A program made the position numbers and the translations under genes. This document shows, piece after piece, positions 11,758-23,068 of a stretch of 25,750 nt of DNA. The notes beneath the pieces were generated by a model, which saw nothing but the letters and a program-made list of their open reading frames with translations, was not told the origin of the DNA and made no database searches. The stretch spans positions 12,916,051 through 12,941,800 of the forward strand of contig NC_057720.1 of the NCBI RefSeq assembly GCF_004010195.1, written 5' to 3'. Numbering within the stretch: the first letter of the stretch is position 1; every line of letters starts with the position of its first letter. The stretch is from Chiloscyllium plagiosum (lineage: Eukaryota).

Positions 11758-12413
11758 ATAGGTTTTTTTTGTGGTAAATGCTTCATCTATATTCTAGATT
11801 TATTCTACATTTTACAGGATCTACATTATATTGTACGGCATCTCAGTTCTGTAAATAATGCTATATCTTTACTGTGCCATAAGTTTGTTATTCTTGTAAT
11901 TCTGATTGCTGGAAGGACAGTGAACTCTCTGAACATTTAATCTGTGTAAAGAGTGAACAATTGTCCAGAGCTTCAACATATGCTGTTCTTCACCTGAAAC
12001 ATATCCAATTGTTTCTCTTCCAGCCTAATATTCATTGTTTGGTCTCAATGTAGACTCTGGATAGCTCTCACATCATTACTGTCAATGTCACTTTTCAATA
12101 ACGTGCCCGTTATTTTATAATGATTAACACAATTGAATACTTTTTCGTATCTTACGTAGAAAATGAAAATATTCTCATTTACTCCTGGATATTTGTTAAG
12201 CATCATTCTTCAGTTACACATGCTGTCCATTCTTCCTATCCCAACTACAAATCTAGACTGTCTCATCAACTTCTGCTTCAAATATGTTATTTCTTTCAGT
12301 TACAATTTTCACGATCATTTTAATGAGATGACTCATTAAAGTTCATGATTGGACTCCATTGCTTAAGATTTATTAGGTAATTTAACAAACAATGACTTGG
12401 AAGGTATCGTCAG

Positions 12414-13585
12414 AGATACATAGAGTCATAGAGATGTACAGCATGACAACAGACCCTTCAGTCCATCCCGTCCATGCCGACCATATATCCCAACCCAATC
12501 TAGTCCCACCTGCCAGCATCTGGCCCATATCCCTCCAAACCCTTCCTATTCATATACCCATCCAAATGCCTCTTAAAAGTTGCAATTGTACCAGCCTCCA
12601 CCACTTCCTCTGGCAGCTCATTCCATACACGCACCACCCTCTGTGTGAAAAAGTTGCCCCTTAGGTCTCTTTTATATCTTTCCCCTCTCACCCTAAATCT
12701 ATGCCCTCTAGTTCTGGACTCCCTGACCCCAGGGAAAAGACTTTGCCTATTTACCCTATCCATGCCCCTCATAATTTTGTAAACCTCTATAAGGTCACCC
12801 CTCAGCCTCCGACGCTCCAGGGAAAACAGCCCCAGCCTGTTCAGCCTCTCCCTGTAGCTCAGATCCTCCAACCCTGGAAATATCCTTGTAAATCCTTTCT
12901 GAACCCTTTCAAGTTTCACAACATCTTTCCAAAAGGAAAGAGACCAGAATTGCACGCAATATTCCAACAGTGGCCTAACCAACGTCCTGTACAGCTGCAA
13001 CATGACCTCCCGACTCCTGTACTCAATACTCTGACCATAATGGAAAGCATACCAAATGCCTTCTTCACTATCCTATCTACCTGTGACTCCACTTTCAAGG
13101 AGCTATGAAACTGCACTCCAAGGTCTCTTTGTTCAGCAACACTCCCTAGGACCTTACCATTAAGTGTATAATTCCTGCTAAGATTTGCTTTCCCAAAATG
13201 CAGCACCTCGCATTTATCTGAATTAAACTACATCTGCCACTTCTCAGCCCATTGGCTCATCTGGTCAAGATCCTGGTGTAATCTTAGGTAACTCTCTTTG
13301 CTGTCCACTACACCTCCAATTTTGGTGTCATCTGCAAACTTACTAAGTCTACCTCTTATGCTCGCATCCAAATCATTTATGTAAATGACAAAAAGTAGAG
13401 GACCCAGCACCGATCCTTGTGGCACTCCACTGGTCACAGGCCTCCAGTCTGAAAAACAACCCTCCACAACCACCCTCTGTCTTCTACCTTTGAGTCAGTT
13501 CTGTATCCAAATGGCTAGTTCTCCCTGTATTCCATTTGATCTAACCTTGCTAATCAGTCTCCCATGGTGAACCTTGTTGAACACC
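12414..13585 (-). mobile_element. CR1/HER1-like LINE 3' fragment (RT C-half), relatively young
   Basis: SGVPQGSVLGPLLFVIYIND..KFADDTK; 167-aa open C-terminal ORF; catagagt tail repeats. Confidence 0.95.
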
Positions 13586-13624
13586 ATTTGATCACAAAAT
13601 CCTGTTCTCGTTTCTAACTCAGCT

Positions 13625-13857
13625 TCCCCCTGAGAAAAGGAACAGGAATTGACTTCACCACAGGAAATAACATCACCAACTCACAGAAACCCAAACATAA
13701 AAATAGAAAGCAGGAATTTTCAGCATCACTTTGCCTGAGGCCCACTGAAGATGTTACCTAGTAGGGTAATGAAATGTCTGGAAATGAACCTTGCAGCTCA
13801 GCGAGCAAACCTACATCCAATACCTCAACCTGAGCTACAAATCTTCTCAAACCTCAC
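13625..13857 (+). mobile_element. PLE family C pLTR
   Basis: Homologous to 45-250; two 18-bp units, a TATA-like motif and an HHR. Confidence 0.8.
13745..13778 (+). ncRNA. Minimal hammerhead ribozyme core
   Basis: CTGAAGA-t-gttacc-tagtag-ggtaat-GAA-ATGT-C (ATGT is probably CpG-decayed ACGT). Confidence 0.65.
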
Positions 13858-13964
13858 TTGTCCCAGAGCTTTTGGCTGATCTGTGGTTATTTTCTCAATG
13901 CCTGGAGCTTTTCCTGTACTCATTAGCTTGCCTGTCCAATATTATAATTCTTGGTCCATCAGTT

Positions 13965-14340
13965 GACTCCAAATCTTGAGAATCTCCTACCCCATGCATA
14001 TTTCAATACTTAGATATCCTCTTTGCAACCTTTCAACCTGCAGCAGTGTGCAAGGATTGGATTTTTCAGCTTCCTAAACTCCATCTTCCACTCACATTCA
14101 CTGTCAAAATGGAGCGGTCTAATATGTTCTCTTTCCCCAGTGCATTAGTTGAGAAATTCACGAATGGGCTCTCCCCTACTTTCTACCCCAAGCCCACCTT
14201 CGCAGGTCAACATATGCACTGGGACTTGTATAGGTCTTTGTGCTACAATATTGGCCTTAACATCAGCCTTTTAAATAGGGCCTGACATATTTACTCAACT
14301 TACAAGCTCAGTGCAGAAATAAAGTATATCAGAGTTATTT
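13965..14340 (+). mobile_element. PLE family D RT fragment
   Basis: YFQYLDILFATF (YVDD-like) and LHLPLTFTVKME..FYPKPTFAGQHMHWD..IGL..LLNRA, matching the Penelope RT thumb. Confidence 0.75.
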
Positions 14341-14342
14341 TA

Positions 14343-15485
14343 TGGGACAACAACTGGACATGTGCACTAAGAACTGGCAAATGGAGTTTATTTTAGATAA
14401 GTGCAAGGTGTTGCATTTTGGTCAGGCAAAGCAGGGTAAGACATACACAGTCTGTGTTAGAATTAGAATTCCTACAGTGTGGAAACAGGCCCTTTGGTCC
14501 AACAAGTCCACACCGACCCTCCGAAGAGTATCCCACCCAGACCCATTCCCCTACATTTACCCCTGACGAATGCACCTAACCGACACATCCCTGAACACTA
14601 TAGGGCAATTCAGCATAGCCAATTCACTTAACCTGCACATCTTTGGATTGTGGGAGGATACCAGAGTACCCAGAGGAAACCCACACAGATACAGGGAGAA
14701 CGTGCAAACTCCACGCAGACAGTCGCCCGAAGCTGGAACTCTGGGGAGTCTGGGAAGTGTTATAGAACAAAGAGACCGAGGGGTACAAGTTCATTACTCT
14801 TTGAAAATGGGGTCAAAGGTAGACAAGGCAGTGAAGATGACTTTCTGCATGCTAACCTTCATTGGTCAGAGCATTGATTACAGGAGATGGAATGTCTTTT
14901 TGCAGCTGTACAAGATGTTGATAAGGCCACATTTGGAGTACTGCATGCAGTTCTGGTTGCCTTACTATAGAAAGGATATTATAAAACTAGAAAAAAGCCC
15001 AGAAAAGGTTTACCAGGATGCTACCTGGACTGGAAGGTTTGAGTGATAAGGAGAGGTTGGATAGTCTGGGACGTTCTTTTCTCTGGAGCAGAGGAGACTG
15101 AGGGGTGAGCTTATAGAGATATATAAAATCAAGAGAGGCATAGCTCAGGTCGATAGTAGACAGCTTTTCGCCATGGTAGAGGAGTCTAAAACTAGAGGGA
15201 GTAGGTTGAAGGTGAGACAGGAGAGTTACAAAAGGGTCCAGAGGGGCTATTAGTTTCACACAGAGGGTGGTGAGTGTCTGGAATAGGCTGCCAGAGGTAG
15301 TGGTGGAGGCGAGTACAATCTCGTCATTTAAGAAACATTTAGATGGGTATATGGTTAGGATAAATTTGGAGGGAAAAAGACCAAATGAGGTAAATGGGAC
15401 TAGTTTAAATTGTGAAAACTGAACGGCATGGTCAAGTTGAACTGAAGGCCCTGTTTGATGCTGTAGACCTCAATGACTCTACGAT
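14343..15485 (+). mobile_element. CR1-clade LINE 3' fragment
   Basis: WQMEFILDKCKVLHFG, LYKMLIRPHLEYCMQFW; CR1-type tail; contains a SINE. Confidence 0.9.
14457..14745 (-). mobile_element. HE1-like V-SINE (5'-truncated) nested in CR1
   Basis: Reverse complement of the V domain and of the tail ggcctgtttccacactgtaggaattctaattctaa. Confidence 0.9.
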
Positions 15486-15866
15486 ATGGCTCATTTATAA
15501 CAGGGATCTATTCAGTGCAAACAATGGGAACATGTTCAAGACTTGCATCTCTTTTGAAATGCCCCAGCACTTGGGGAGCCTATAATTCCTTTTTCTCTCT
15601 CCATAAACTCAGCCAATCAGCATCCTCATTGACTGTGGTACAAATTATAGTGTTGGGGCACTGCTTGTCACTAGCCACTTGGGTGTTTCCTTCCTTCCCG
15701 GTGGTAGAAATTGAATAAAGATTTGTACACCTTGTGTCTTTCACTGTGTCTCACACCTACACACACACAACATGGGTGCTGGGGAAAAAAATCAGCAAAA
15801 AAAAACAAAATTACAGTATTAGTTTAAAATGTGGCATTCTTACTTTTGTACTGATGAGTGCAAGAT
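15486..15866 (+). mobile_element. PLE family D 3' region, ending in the first half of an HHR; continues at 22902-22937
   Basis: CKQWEHVQDLHLF* resembles a GIY-YIG C-terminus; AATAAA at ~15714; CTGATGAgtgcaagat at 15851-15866. Confidence 0.6.
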
Positions 15867-16427
15867 TGTTTCTGATATGTTGTTATTTTTATTTTATTCT
15901 TTTATCAATTTTGTTTTATGATCTGGAAATGACTGATGGACTTTGGGTTAACGTGAGTTGAAAAAGAAAGAACAGACCACGCAAGCTCTGTTTATTTGTG
16001 AGGCTGGTCCTGGATGCTAATTGCAGGCTGAGACTTAATCAAACGATTCTAAAAGACACAACAACCACACCCTACCCTAAGAAAAGCATTTTGTTTAAAT
16101 TAACAGTAGCAGTTGGCTATTAATGCGTTCAGCACCTGGGACTCGGTTCCAGCAAGTCTGAAACAGACCTTATGTTTAAGCAGATGGCAGTTTTGGAATG
16201 ATGACTAAGAGTTTGGGAAGCTCAATCGGTCTATGAGGGTGGAACCAGCATTAAAGTTGTTTTTTTTTGTGAGATGATTCTGGGCTGCTGCTGAGACAGC
16301 ATGAAACTTTTAAAGTTCCCTGCTTAAACTTCTACATCAGCTTGCAAGAGGCCAGTGAGAGGAAAGCTTATTTAGAAGCATTAGCTTGGATGAACTGAGA
16401 AGGTGATCCTGATCAACATTTCAGGAA

Positions 16428-16750
16428 TAGAGTGGCACAGTGGCTCAGTGGTTAACACTGCTGTCTCACAGCACCATGGACCCAGGTTCGATCCCAGCCT
16501 CGGATGACTGTCTGTGTGGAGTTTGCACATTCTCCCCGTGTCTGCGTGGGTTTGCTCTGGATTCCTCCCACAATCCAAAGATGTGCAGGTTGGGGTGAAT
16601 TGCCCATGCTAAATATCCCACAGTGTTCAGGGATGTGTAGGTTAGGTGCATTAGTCAGGGGTAAGCATTGGGGAATGGGTTTGGATGGGATGCTCTTTGG
16701 ACGGTCAGTGTGGACTTGTTGGGCTGAAGAGTCTGCTCTGCACTGTATGA
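16428..16750 (+). mobile_element. HE1-like V-SINE, full length
   Basis: A box tggctcagtgg, B box ggttcgatccc, V domain, CR1-like tail. Confidence 0.95.
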
Positions 16751-18859
16751 GAAACAGCCAAGTAGACCACATTTGTACCTGTGAGAGATTGTGTTGTGAA
16801 AGCTGTTTAAGTAATCTGGCCACTTTTGTTACTTTGTTTTATTTATGCCTTAGCTCTGTTAGTTTGACCATTTGTCTTGTGTGTGAATGGGGCTGAAACG
16901 AAATGTTTTAGGGTTAAAGCACAGTTGTTAATCATGCTGCTTAATATTCTCCCTGCTTATATTAGTTTGCACTTAGTTTTTTATTCATTTGTGGGACATG
17001 GGTATGGCTGATCAGTATTTATTATCCATCCCTAGTTGCCCTTGAGAAAGTGGTGGTGAGCTGCCTTCTTGAACTGCTGCAGTCTACATGCTGTAGGCAA
17101 GCCCACAATGCTGTTAGGGTGGGAATTCCAGCATTTTAACCCAGTGACAGTGAAGAAATGGCAATCTATTTCCAAGTCAGGATGGTTCGTGGTTTGGAGG
17201 GGAACTTGCAGATGATAGTGTTCCCACGTATCTGCTGCCCTTGTCTTTCTGGGTAGAAGTGGTTGTGGGTTTGAAAGGTGCTATCTGACAACCTTTGGTG
17301 AATTTCTACAGTGCATCTTGTAGATGATATATTCTGCTGCTACTGAGCATCGGTAGTGGAGGAATGGATGTTTGTGGATGTGGTGCCAATCAAACAGGTT
17401 GTTTTGTCCTGGATGGTGTCAAGCTTCTTGAGTGTTTTTGGAGGTGCACCCATCCAGGCAAATGGGGAGTATTCCATCACACTCCTGACTTGTGCGTTAT
17501 AGATGGTGGCTAAGCTTCAGAGAGTCAGGAAGTGAGTTACTCGCCACAGTATTCCTTGTTTCTGACCTGCTTTTTGTAGCCACTGTGTTTATGTAATGAA
17601 TCCAGTTGAGTTTCTGGCCAATGATAATCCCCCAGATGTTGATAGTGGGGGATTCAGTAATGATAACACCATTGAATGTCAGGGGAGATGGTGAGATTCT
17701 CCCTTACTGGAGATAGTCATTGCTTGCATTTGTGTGGCGCAAATGTTACTTTCCATTTGTCAGCCCAAGCCTGGATTTTTGTCCAGATCTGGTTGCATTA
17801 CAACATGGATTGCTTCAGTATCTAAGGAGTCACAAATGATTCTGAACATTGTGTAATAATCAGCGAACATCCCCACTCTGACCTTATAATGGAGGGAAGG
17901 TCACTAATGAAGCAGCTGGAAGTGTTTGAGCCTAGGACAACACATGGGGAAAGTCCTGTTGAGATGTCCTGGAGCTGAGATGACTGACCTCCAACAACCA
18001 CAACCATCTTGCTATGTGTTAGGTATGACTCCAACCAGCAGAGAGTTTGTCCCCTGATACCCATTGATTCCAGTTTTGCTAGGGCTCCTTGATGTCACCT
18101 TTGGTTGAATGCAGTCTTGATGTCAAGGGCTGTCATTCTCCCCTCAACTCCGAAATTCAGCTTTGTTGTCCATGTTTGAACCAAGGCTGTAATGCCGTCA
18201 GGAGCTGAGTGGCCCTGGTGGAAACCAAACTGGGCGTCATTGAACAGGTTATTGCTGAGCAGGTTGATGACACCTTCCATCACTTTACTGATGATCGAGA
18301 GTGGATCAATGGGGCGGTAACTGGCTGGGTTGAATTTGTCCTGCCATTTGTGTACAGGAAATACCTGGGCAATTCTCCACATTGTCAGTAGATGCCAGTG
18401 TTGCAAGTGTACTGGAATGGTTGGCTAGGGGAGCAGCAGGTTCTGGAACATAAGTCTTCGGTACGATTGGCAAAATATTGTTAGGGCCTTTGCCCTTTGC
18501 AGAATCCAGTGCCTTCAACCATTTCTTGATAACATATAGGGTGAAACAAATTGACTAAAGACTGGTATCTGTGATGCTGGGGACCACTGGAGGAAGTCAA
18601 GATATAGATCTTCTGGCTGAAGATTGCTGCGAGACCTTCAATCTAATATTTTGCACTGATACGCTGGGCTGTTCCATCACTGATAATGTAGCTATTTATG
18701 GAGTCTCCACCTCCAGTGAGTTGTTTAATTGTCCACTACTGTTCATGACTGGATGTGGCAGGTCTGCAGATATAATCCATGAGTTGTGGGATCACATAGC
18801 TCTGTCTATCACTTGCTGTTTATGCTGTTTGGCATGCAAATAATCCTGATTGGTAACCT

Positions 18860-19032
18860 GATTATTAAAGGATTATTAAAGGAGCTCTCAAGGATAGTGG
18901 AATGAAGGGTTATGGAGATAAGACAGGAACAGGATACTGATTGAGGATGATCAGCCATGATCATAATGAATGGTGGTGCAGGCTCAAAGGGCAGAATGGC
19001 CTACTCCTGCACCTATTGTCTATTGTCTATTG
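18860..19032 (+). mobile_element. Short CR1 3' fragment nested in the LINE
   Basis: gatcagccatgatcataatgaatggtggtgcaggctcaaagggcagaatggcctactcctgc with (ctattgt)n tail; 11-bp tandem gattattaaag x2 at the 5' junction. Confidence 0.85.
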
Positions 19033-19554
19033 ACAAGGTTAACACCATATTTTTACTTATGCCTGGTGCTGCACCTGGCATGCCCTCCTGTAATTGGGTG
19101 GGGATATGCTGGACCATGAGGATTCAGATGATGCTGGAGTTCAATTCTCCTGCTTTTGATAGCCTATGGTACTTCATGGATGAGTTGCTAGATCTGTGTG
19201 AACTCTGTCCCATTTAGAACAATGATTGTGCCACATAACATGATGGAGGTTATTCTCAATGTGAAGCCAGGACTTTGTCTTCACAAGGACTGTACGGTGA
19301 TCACCTTTACCAATTCCATAATGGACAAATACACCAGCACCTGGCAGATTGGTAAGGATGAGGTCAAGAGTGTGGTGCGAGAAAAGCACAGCAGGTCAGG
19401 TAGCATCCAAGGAGCAAGAGAATCGACATTTTGGGCATCATTCATCAGGAATGAGACTTGTGGGCTGGAGGGGGGGAAGGTGCTGTGAGATAAATGGAAG
19501 GGGATGGGGTTTTTGAGGGGGAGGACGTAGCTGAGAATGCGATAGGCAGATGAA

Positions 19555-19620
19555 NNNNNNNNNNNNNNNNNNNNNNNNNNNNNNNNNNNNNNNNNNNNNN
19601 NNNNNNNNNNNNNNNNNNNN
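19555..19620. other. Assembly gap (66 N)
   Basis: Run of N at the inverted-pLTR/body junction. Confidence 1.
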
Positions 19621-19987
19621 CCCCCCCCCCCACCCCAACCTCTCACTCTCACAATGCACAGACCTCCACTCCCTCTGCTCCAACCCCAAACTCACCAACA
19701 AACCCACTGACAAGAGGCGGGGGTGCAGTGGTAGTTTGGCACACCAACCTCTACACTGCTGAAGCCAGGTGCCAATTCGTAGACACCTCTTCCTACAGCC
19801 CCCTAAACCATGACCTCATCCCCAGACCATCCACAACCTCATCACTCCTGGAGATCTCTCATCCACAGCTTCTGACTTCATCATCCGCGCACCCCACACC
19901 ACCTGATTCGATCTCCTACCGAAGATTCTCAAACCTGACTTCCCCAGTCGACCCATTGTCTCACCCTGTTCCTGTCCCACTGAACTC

Positions 19988-20155
19988 ACCACAGAAAATG
20001 ACGTCAACAACCCATGGAGACCGAAACACATAAATAGTAAGTGGGTCACTAACACTGATGCTTCACTGGAGGCTCACTGATGATGTTACCTACTATGGTG
20101 ATGAAATGTTTGAAATTGAACCTTCCAGATCAGCAAGCAAACTTACATCCAGAAC
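19988..20155 (+). mobile_element. PLE family C pLTR nested in PLE family A
   Basis: Homologous to 13660-13825; interrupts the family A RT. Confidence 0.8.
20077..20110 (+). ncRNA. Minimal hammerhead ribozyme core (decayed)
   Basis: CTGATGA-t-gttacc-tactat-ggtgat-GAA-ATGT-T. Confidence 0.55.
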
Positions 20156-22305
20156 ACATCCTGCAGACCTTGACATCATCATGACCCCTTAGTCCAGGAA
20201 CTCTCCACCTACGTTTGGGAGACCACCCATGCCCTTCACCTCCTCCAAGACTTTAGTTTCCCAGCCCACAATGCCTCATCTTTACCATGGACACCCAGTC
20301 CCTGCACACATCCATCCGCCGTGACAAAGGGATCCAAGCCCTCCATTTCTTCCTCTCACACCATCCCAACCAGTAGTCTTCCAGTCACACTCTCATCGGC
20401 CCGGCTGAACTGCTCCTCACCCTTCACAACTTCTCCACCCAATCCTCACATTTCCTCCAAACCAAAATGGGAACCATGGGCACCTGCATGGGAGCCAGCT
20501 ATGCTTGCCTCTTTGTTGGGTACGTGGAACAGTCCATCTTCCGCAACTACACCAGCACCACCCCCCAACTGTTCCTTCACTACATCAAAGACCATATCGG
20601 TGCTACCTCGTGCTCCCACGAGGAGATTGAACATGTCATCAACTTCACTAACACTGTTCATCCTGACCTAAAATTCACCTGGACCATCTCGGACACCTCC
20701 CTCCTCTTCTTGGACCTCTCCATCTCCATCTCCAGCGACCAACCATCCTAAGACATCTACTACAAGCCCACCGACTCCCGCAGTTACCTAGACTACACCT
20801 CCTCCCACTCTACCTCCTGTAAAAACACCATCCCATATTCCCAATTCCTCTGCCTCTGTGGCATCTGTTCCCGGGTGACCAATTCCACCTTAGAAAATCC
20901 CAGAATGCCTCCTTCTTTAAGGATTGCAATTTCCCCTCCCATGTGGTCAACAATGCCCCTCAGCACATCTCCACTTCCTGTACCTCTGCCCTTGAACCCC
21001 ACCCTTCCCAACGCAACAAGGACAGAACCCTCCTGGTCCTCACCTTCCACCCCATTAACCTCTATACATCACACCATCCTCCACCACTTCCGCCACCTAT
21101 GCTCTTGAAGCAGTCTCCTCTACACTGGAGAGACAGGGTGCATATTTGCAGAGCACTTCAGAGAACATCTCCAGGACACCAGCACCAATCAGCCCCACCG
21201 GCCCTTGGCCAAACACTTCAACTCTCCCTCCCACTCCGCCAAGGACCATGCAGGTCCTGGGCCTCCTCCATTTCCACACCCTAATCACCCAACGCCAGGA
21301 GGGAGAACACATCTTCTGCTTTGGGATCCTTCCAACCACATGGCATCAATGTGGAGTTCACCAGTTTCCTCATTTCCCCTCTTCCCACCTTATCCCAGAT
21401 CCAACCTTCCAACTCGGCATCACTTTCATGACCTGTCCTATCTGTCCATCTTCCTTCCCACCTATCTGCTCCACCCTCGTCTCTGACCTATCACCTTCAC
21501 CCCCACCTCCATCTGCCTATTGCATTCCCAGCTACCTTCTCCCCATCCCCTCTCCTTCCCATTTATCTCTCAGCCCCCTTGGCTCACAAGCCTCATTCCT
21601 GGTGAAGGCCATATGCCTGAAACGTCGATTCGCCTGCTCCTCGGATGCTGCCTCACCTGCTATGCTTTTCCTGCACCAAACTCTTGTCTCTGATCTCCAG
21701 TGTCTGCAGTCCTCACTTTCTCCAAGTATGTTTTCCCTCTTCTTGATTTTCTCACCTCTGCTGCAGACCCTGTCTAGCAGCTATGTCTTTCAGACTCAAC
21801 CAGGTTGGTCAGTAGTGCTGCTGCTGAGCCAGTGACATTGAAATCGCCCACCCAGAGTACATTCTGTGCCCTTGCTACCCTCAGTCCTTCTTCCAAAGTA
21901 TTGTTCAACATGGAAGAGCACCGATTCATCAGCCAAGGGAGGATGGTACCTGGTAATCCGGAGGAGGTTTCCTTGCCCATGTTTAACCTGGAGACCTGAG
22001 ACATCATGGGGTCAATGTTGAGGATGCCCAGGTAACTCCGTCCTGACTGTATACTATTGTGCCGCACCTTTGCTGGGTCTGTTCTGCCGGTGAGACAAGA
22101 CATATTCAGGGATGGTGATGGTGGTATCTGGGACATTGTCAGTAAAATCTGATTCCATGAGTATAACTATGTCAGGCTACTGCTTGACTCGTCTGTGAGA
22201 CAACTCTTCCAATTTTGGCACTAGCCCCCAGATGTTAATGAGGCGGACTCACGTGTCGACAGGGCTGTTTGTGAAGTTGTCTGTTCAGGTGCCTAAGGCA
22301 ATGCC

Positions 22306-22355
22306 AGGGATTATAGGAAGCAACGTATTCAATGGCGGAGTTTAATAACTGAAGG
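22306..22355 (+). repeat. 50-bp copy of 23026-23075
   Basis: agggattataggaagcaa[c/t]gtattcaatggcggagtttaataactgaagg; 49/50 identical, offset 720 bp. Confidence 0.95.
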
Positions 22356-22603
22356 TCCATCCGCTTTCATTTCTTTGTTGAGACTTTATAGCGATTGAAA
22401 GGTTTGCTAGGCCATTTCAGAGAGCAGTGCAGAGTCAACTGTGTTGTTGTGGGCCAAACCAGGTGACGATGGCAGATTTCCTTCCCTGAAGAACATTAAT
22501 GTCCCAGATGTTCTTTTTCTGGCAATCATTTCACAGTCATCAGCAGATTATTAATTCTGAATATTTTCTAATTAATTCAAATTCCACCATCTGCCATGGC
22601 ACA

Positions 22604-22677
22604 GTTTTGAACCCAAGTCCCAAGAATGTTAGCTGAGCTTCAGGCTTAATAGTCTATACAATAACACCACGAGACCA
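22604..22677 (-). promoter_or_regulatory. Pol III type-2 internal promoter remnant (A and B boxes) at the LINE 5' end
   Basis: A box TGGTCTCGTGG (22677-22667), B box GGTTCAAAAC (22613-22604). Confidence 0.7.
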
Positions 22678-22977
22678 TTTAGCCCCCCTTTCAATAAATA
22701 GTTGAATCCATCACTAAAGATACAAAATTGGTGTCTAGAAATGAATTCTTTACAAAGTCTGTGACAGGTTTTTCAGGGTCTAGTTAGGAACCATTAGAGT
22801 GACTACTTAGGGCGAGCGATGGTTTAATTTCACTGTATTGTGAGTACAGAGATAGAAAGGTTGTTTTTGTTCATCTGTCTGTCTCTGTATCATAACAAGA
22901 TGAAAAGCTTCAATAAGGTGTTGCTTTTCCAGTAATATTCATATTCACCAAGAAATAGTTTACAATAAACCCCCGAC

Positions 22978-23068
22978 CTTTTAAAATGGAAGTACAATTG
23001 CCCAAATGTGCTAAATGATGTCTTGAGGGATTATAGGAAGCAATGTATTCAATGGCGGAGTTTAATAA
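22978..23068 (-). CDS. Candidate internal exon LLNSAIEYIASYNPSRHHLAHLGNCTSILK(G)
   Basis: Strong acceptor tttttatgtttccttcag, donor AAG|gtcggg; 91 bp; only phase 0 is open. Confidence 0.6.

Larger units (their letters stand above)
10300..13960 (-). mobile_element. Ancient RTE-clade LINE RT fossil, fragmented by later insertions
   Basis: Manual minus-strand translation: KLMSTGKAPGIEKITTDQPKALG (~13860-13940); EKVFNCVNHYKI..IDSNDVRAIQSLH*DQT, LFTLYTD*MFRE (~11800-12320); KVNGVALKQ..YFGQMI, VKDVLTTRKLKVATKKKLIKC, ENIEAF (~11240-11530). Not visible in the ORF track. Confidence 0.75.
19369..21722 (+). mobile_element. PLE family A insertion: inverted 5' pLTR (19369-19554, minus), body and 3' pLTR
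   Basis: KPTDKRRG, MGTCMGASYACLFVGYVEQ..LHYIKD..HPDLKFTW..FLDL, AKHFNSPSHS; CAAG at 19365-19368 and 21723-21726; the host LINE resumes on both sides. Confidence 0.9.
16978..22688 (-). mobile_element. CR1-group LINE, apparently full length (~3.1 kb net), single APE-RT ORF with tRNA-like 5' head; pseudogenised
   Basis: APE: NIWGLVPKLEEL..PDIVILMES, VLWVGDFNV, LDLILTN..GDHRTV. RT: WRIAQVFPVHK..YRPI..QFGF..ALDIKTAF, GIRGQTLCWLESYL. 3' end aatgaataaaaa at 16978; A and B boxes at the 5' end. Confidence 0.9.
15867..22897 (+). mobile_element. Solo LTR (~1.0 kb: 15867-16427, 16751-16977, 22689-22897) expanded by nested insertions
   Basis: Termini TGTT...AACA with imperfect inverted repeat (tgtttctgata / tatcataaca); 4-bp TSD AGAT at 15863-15866 and 22898-22901; AATAAA at 22693-22698. 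Confidence 0.7.

Noticed and set aside
13858..13935. Possible minus-strand exon ending at gtgagg
   Set aside because: It translates to the RTE RT motif GKAPGIEKIT, and the apparent donor comes from the PLE end.
16428..16500. tRNA genes at A/B-box motifs (also 1896, 8566, 11540, 22604, 24019)
   Set aside because: These are SINE or LINE heads with no complete cloverleaf.
22845..22889. Hairpin tacagagataga/tctgtctctgta as a possible miRNA
   Set aside because: The stem is too short and low in complexity, and it lies within the LTR end.
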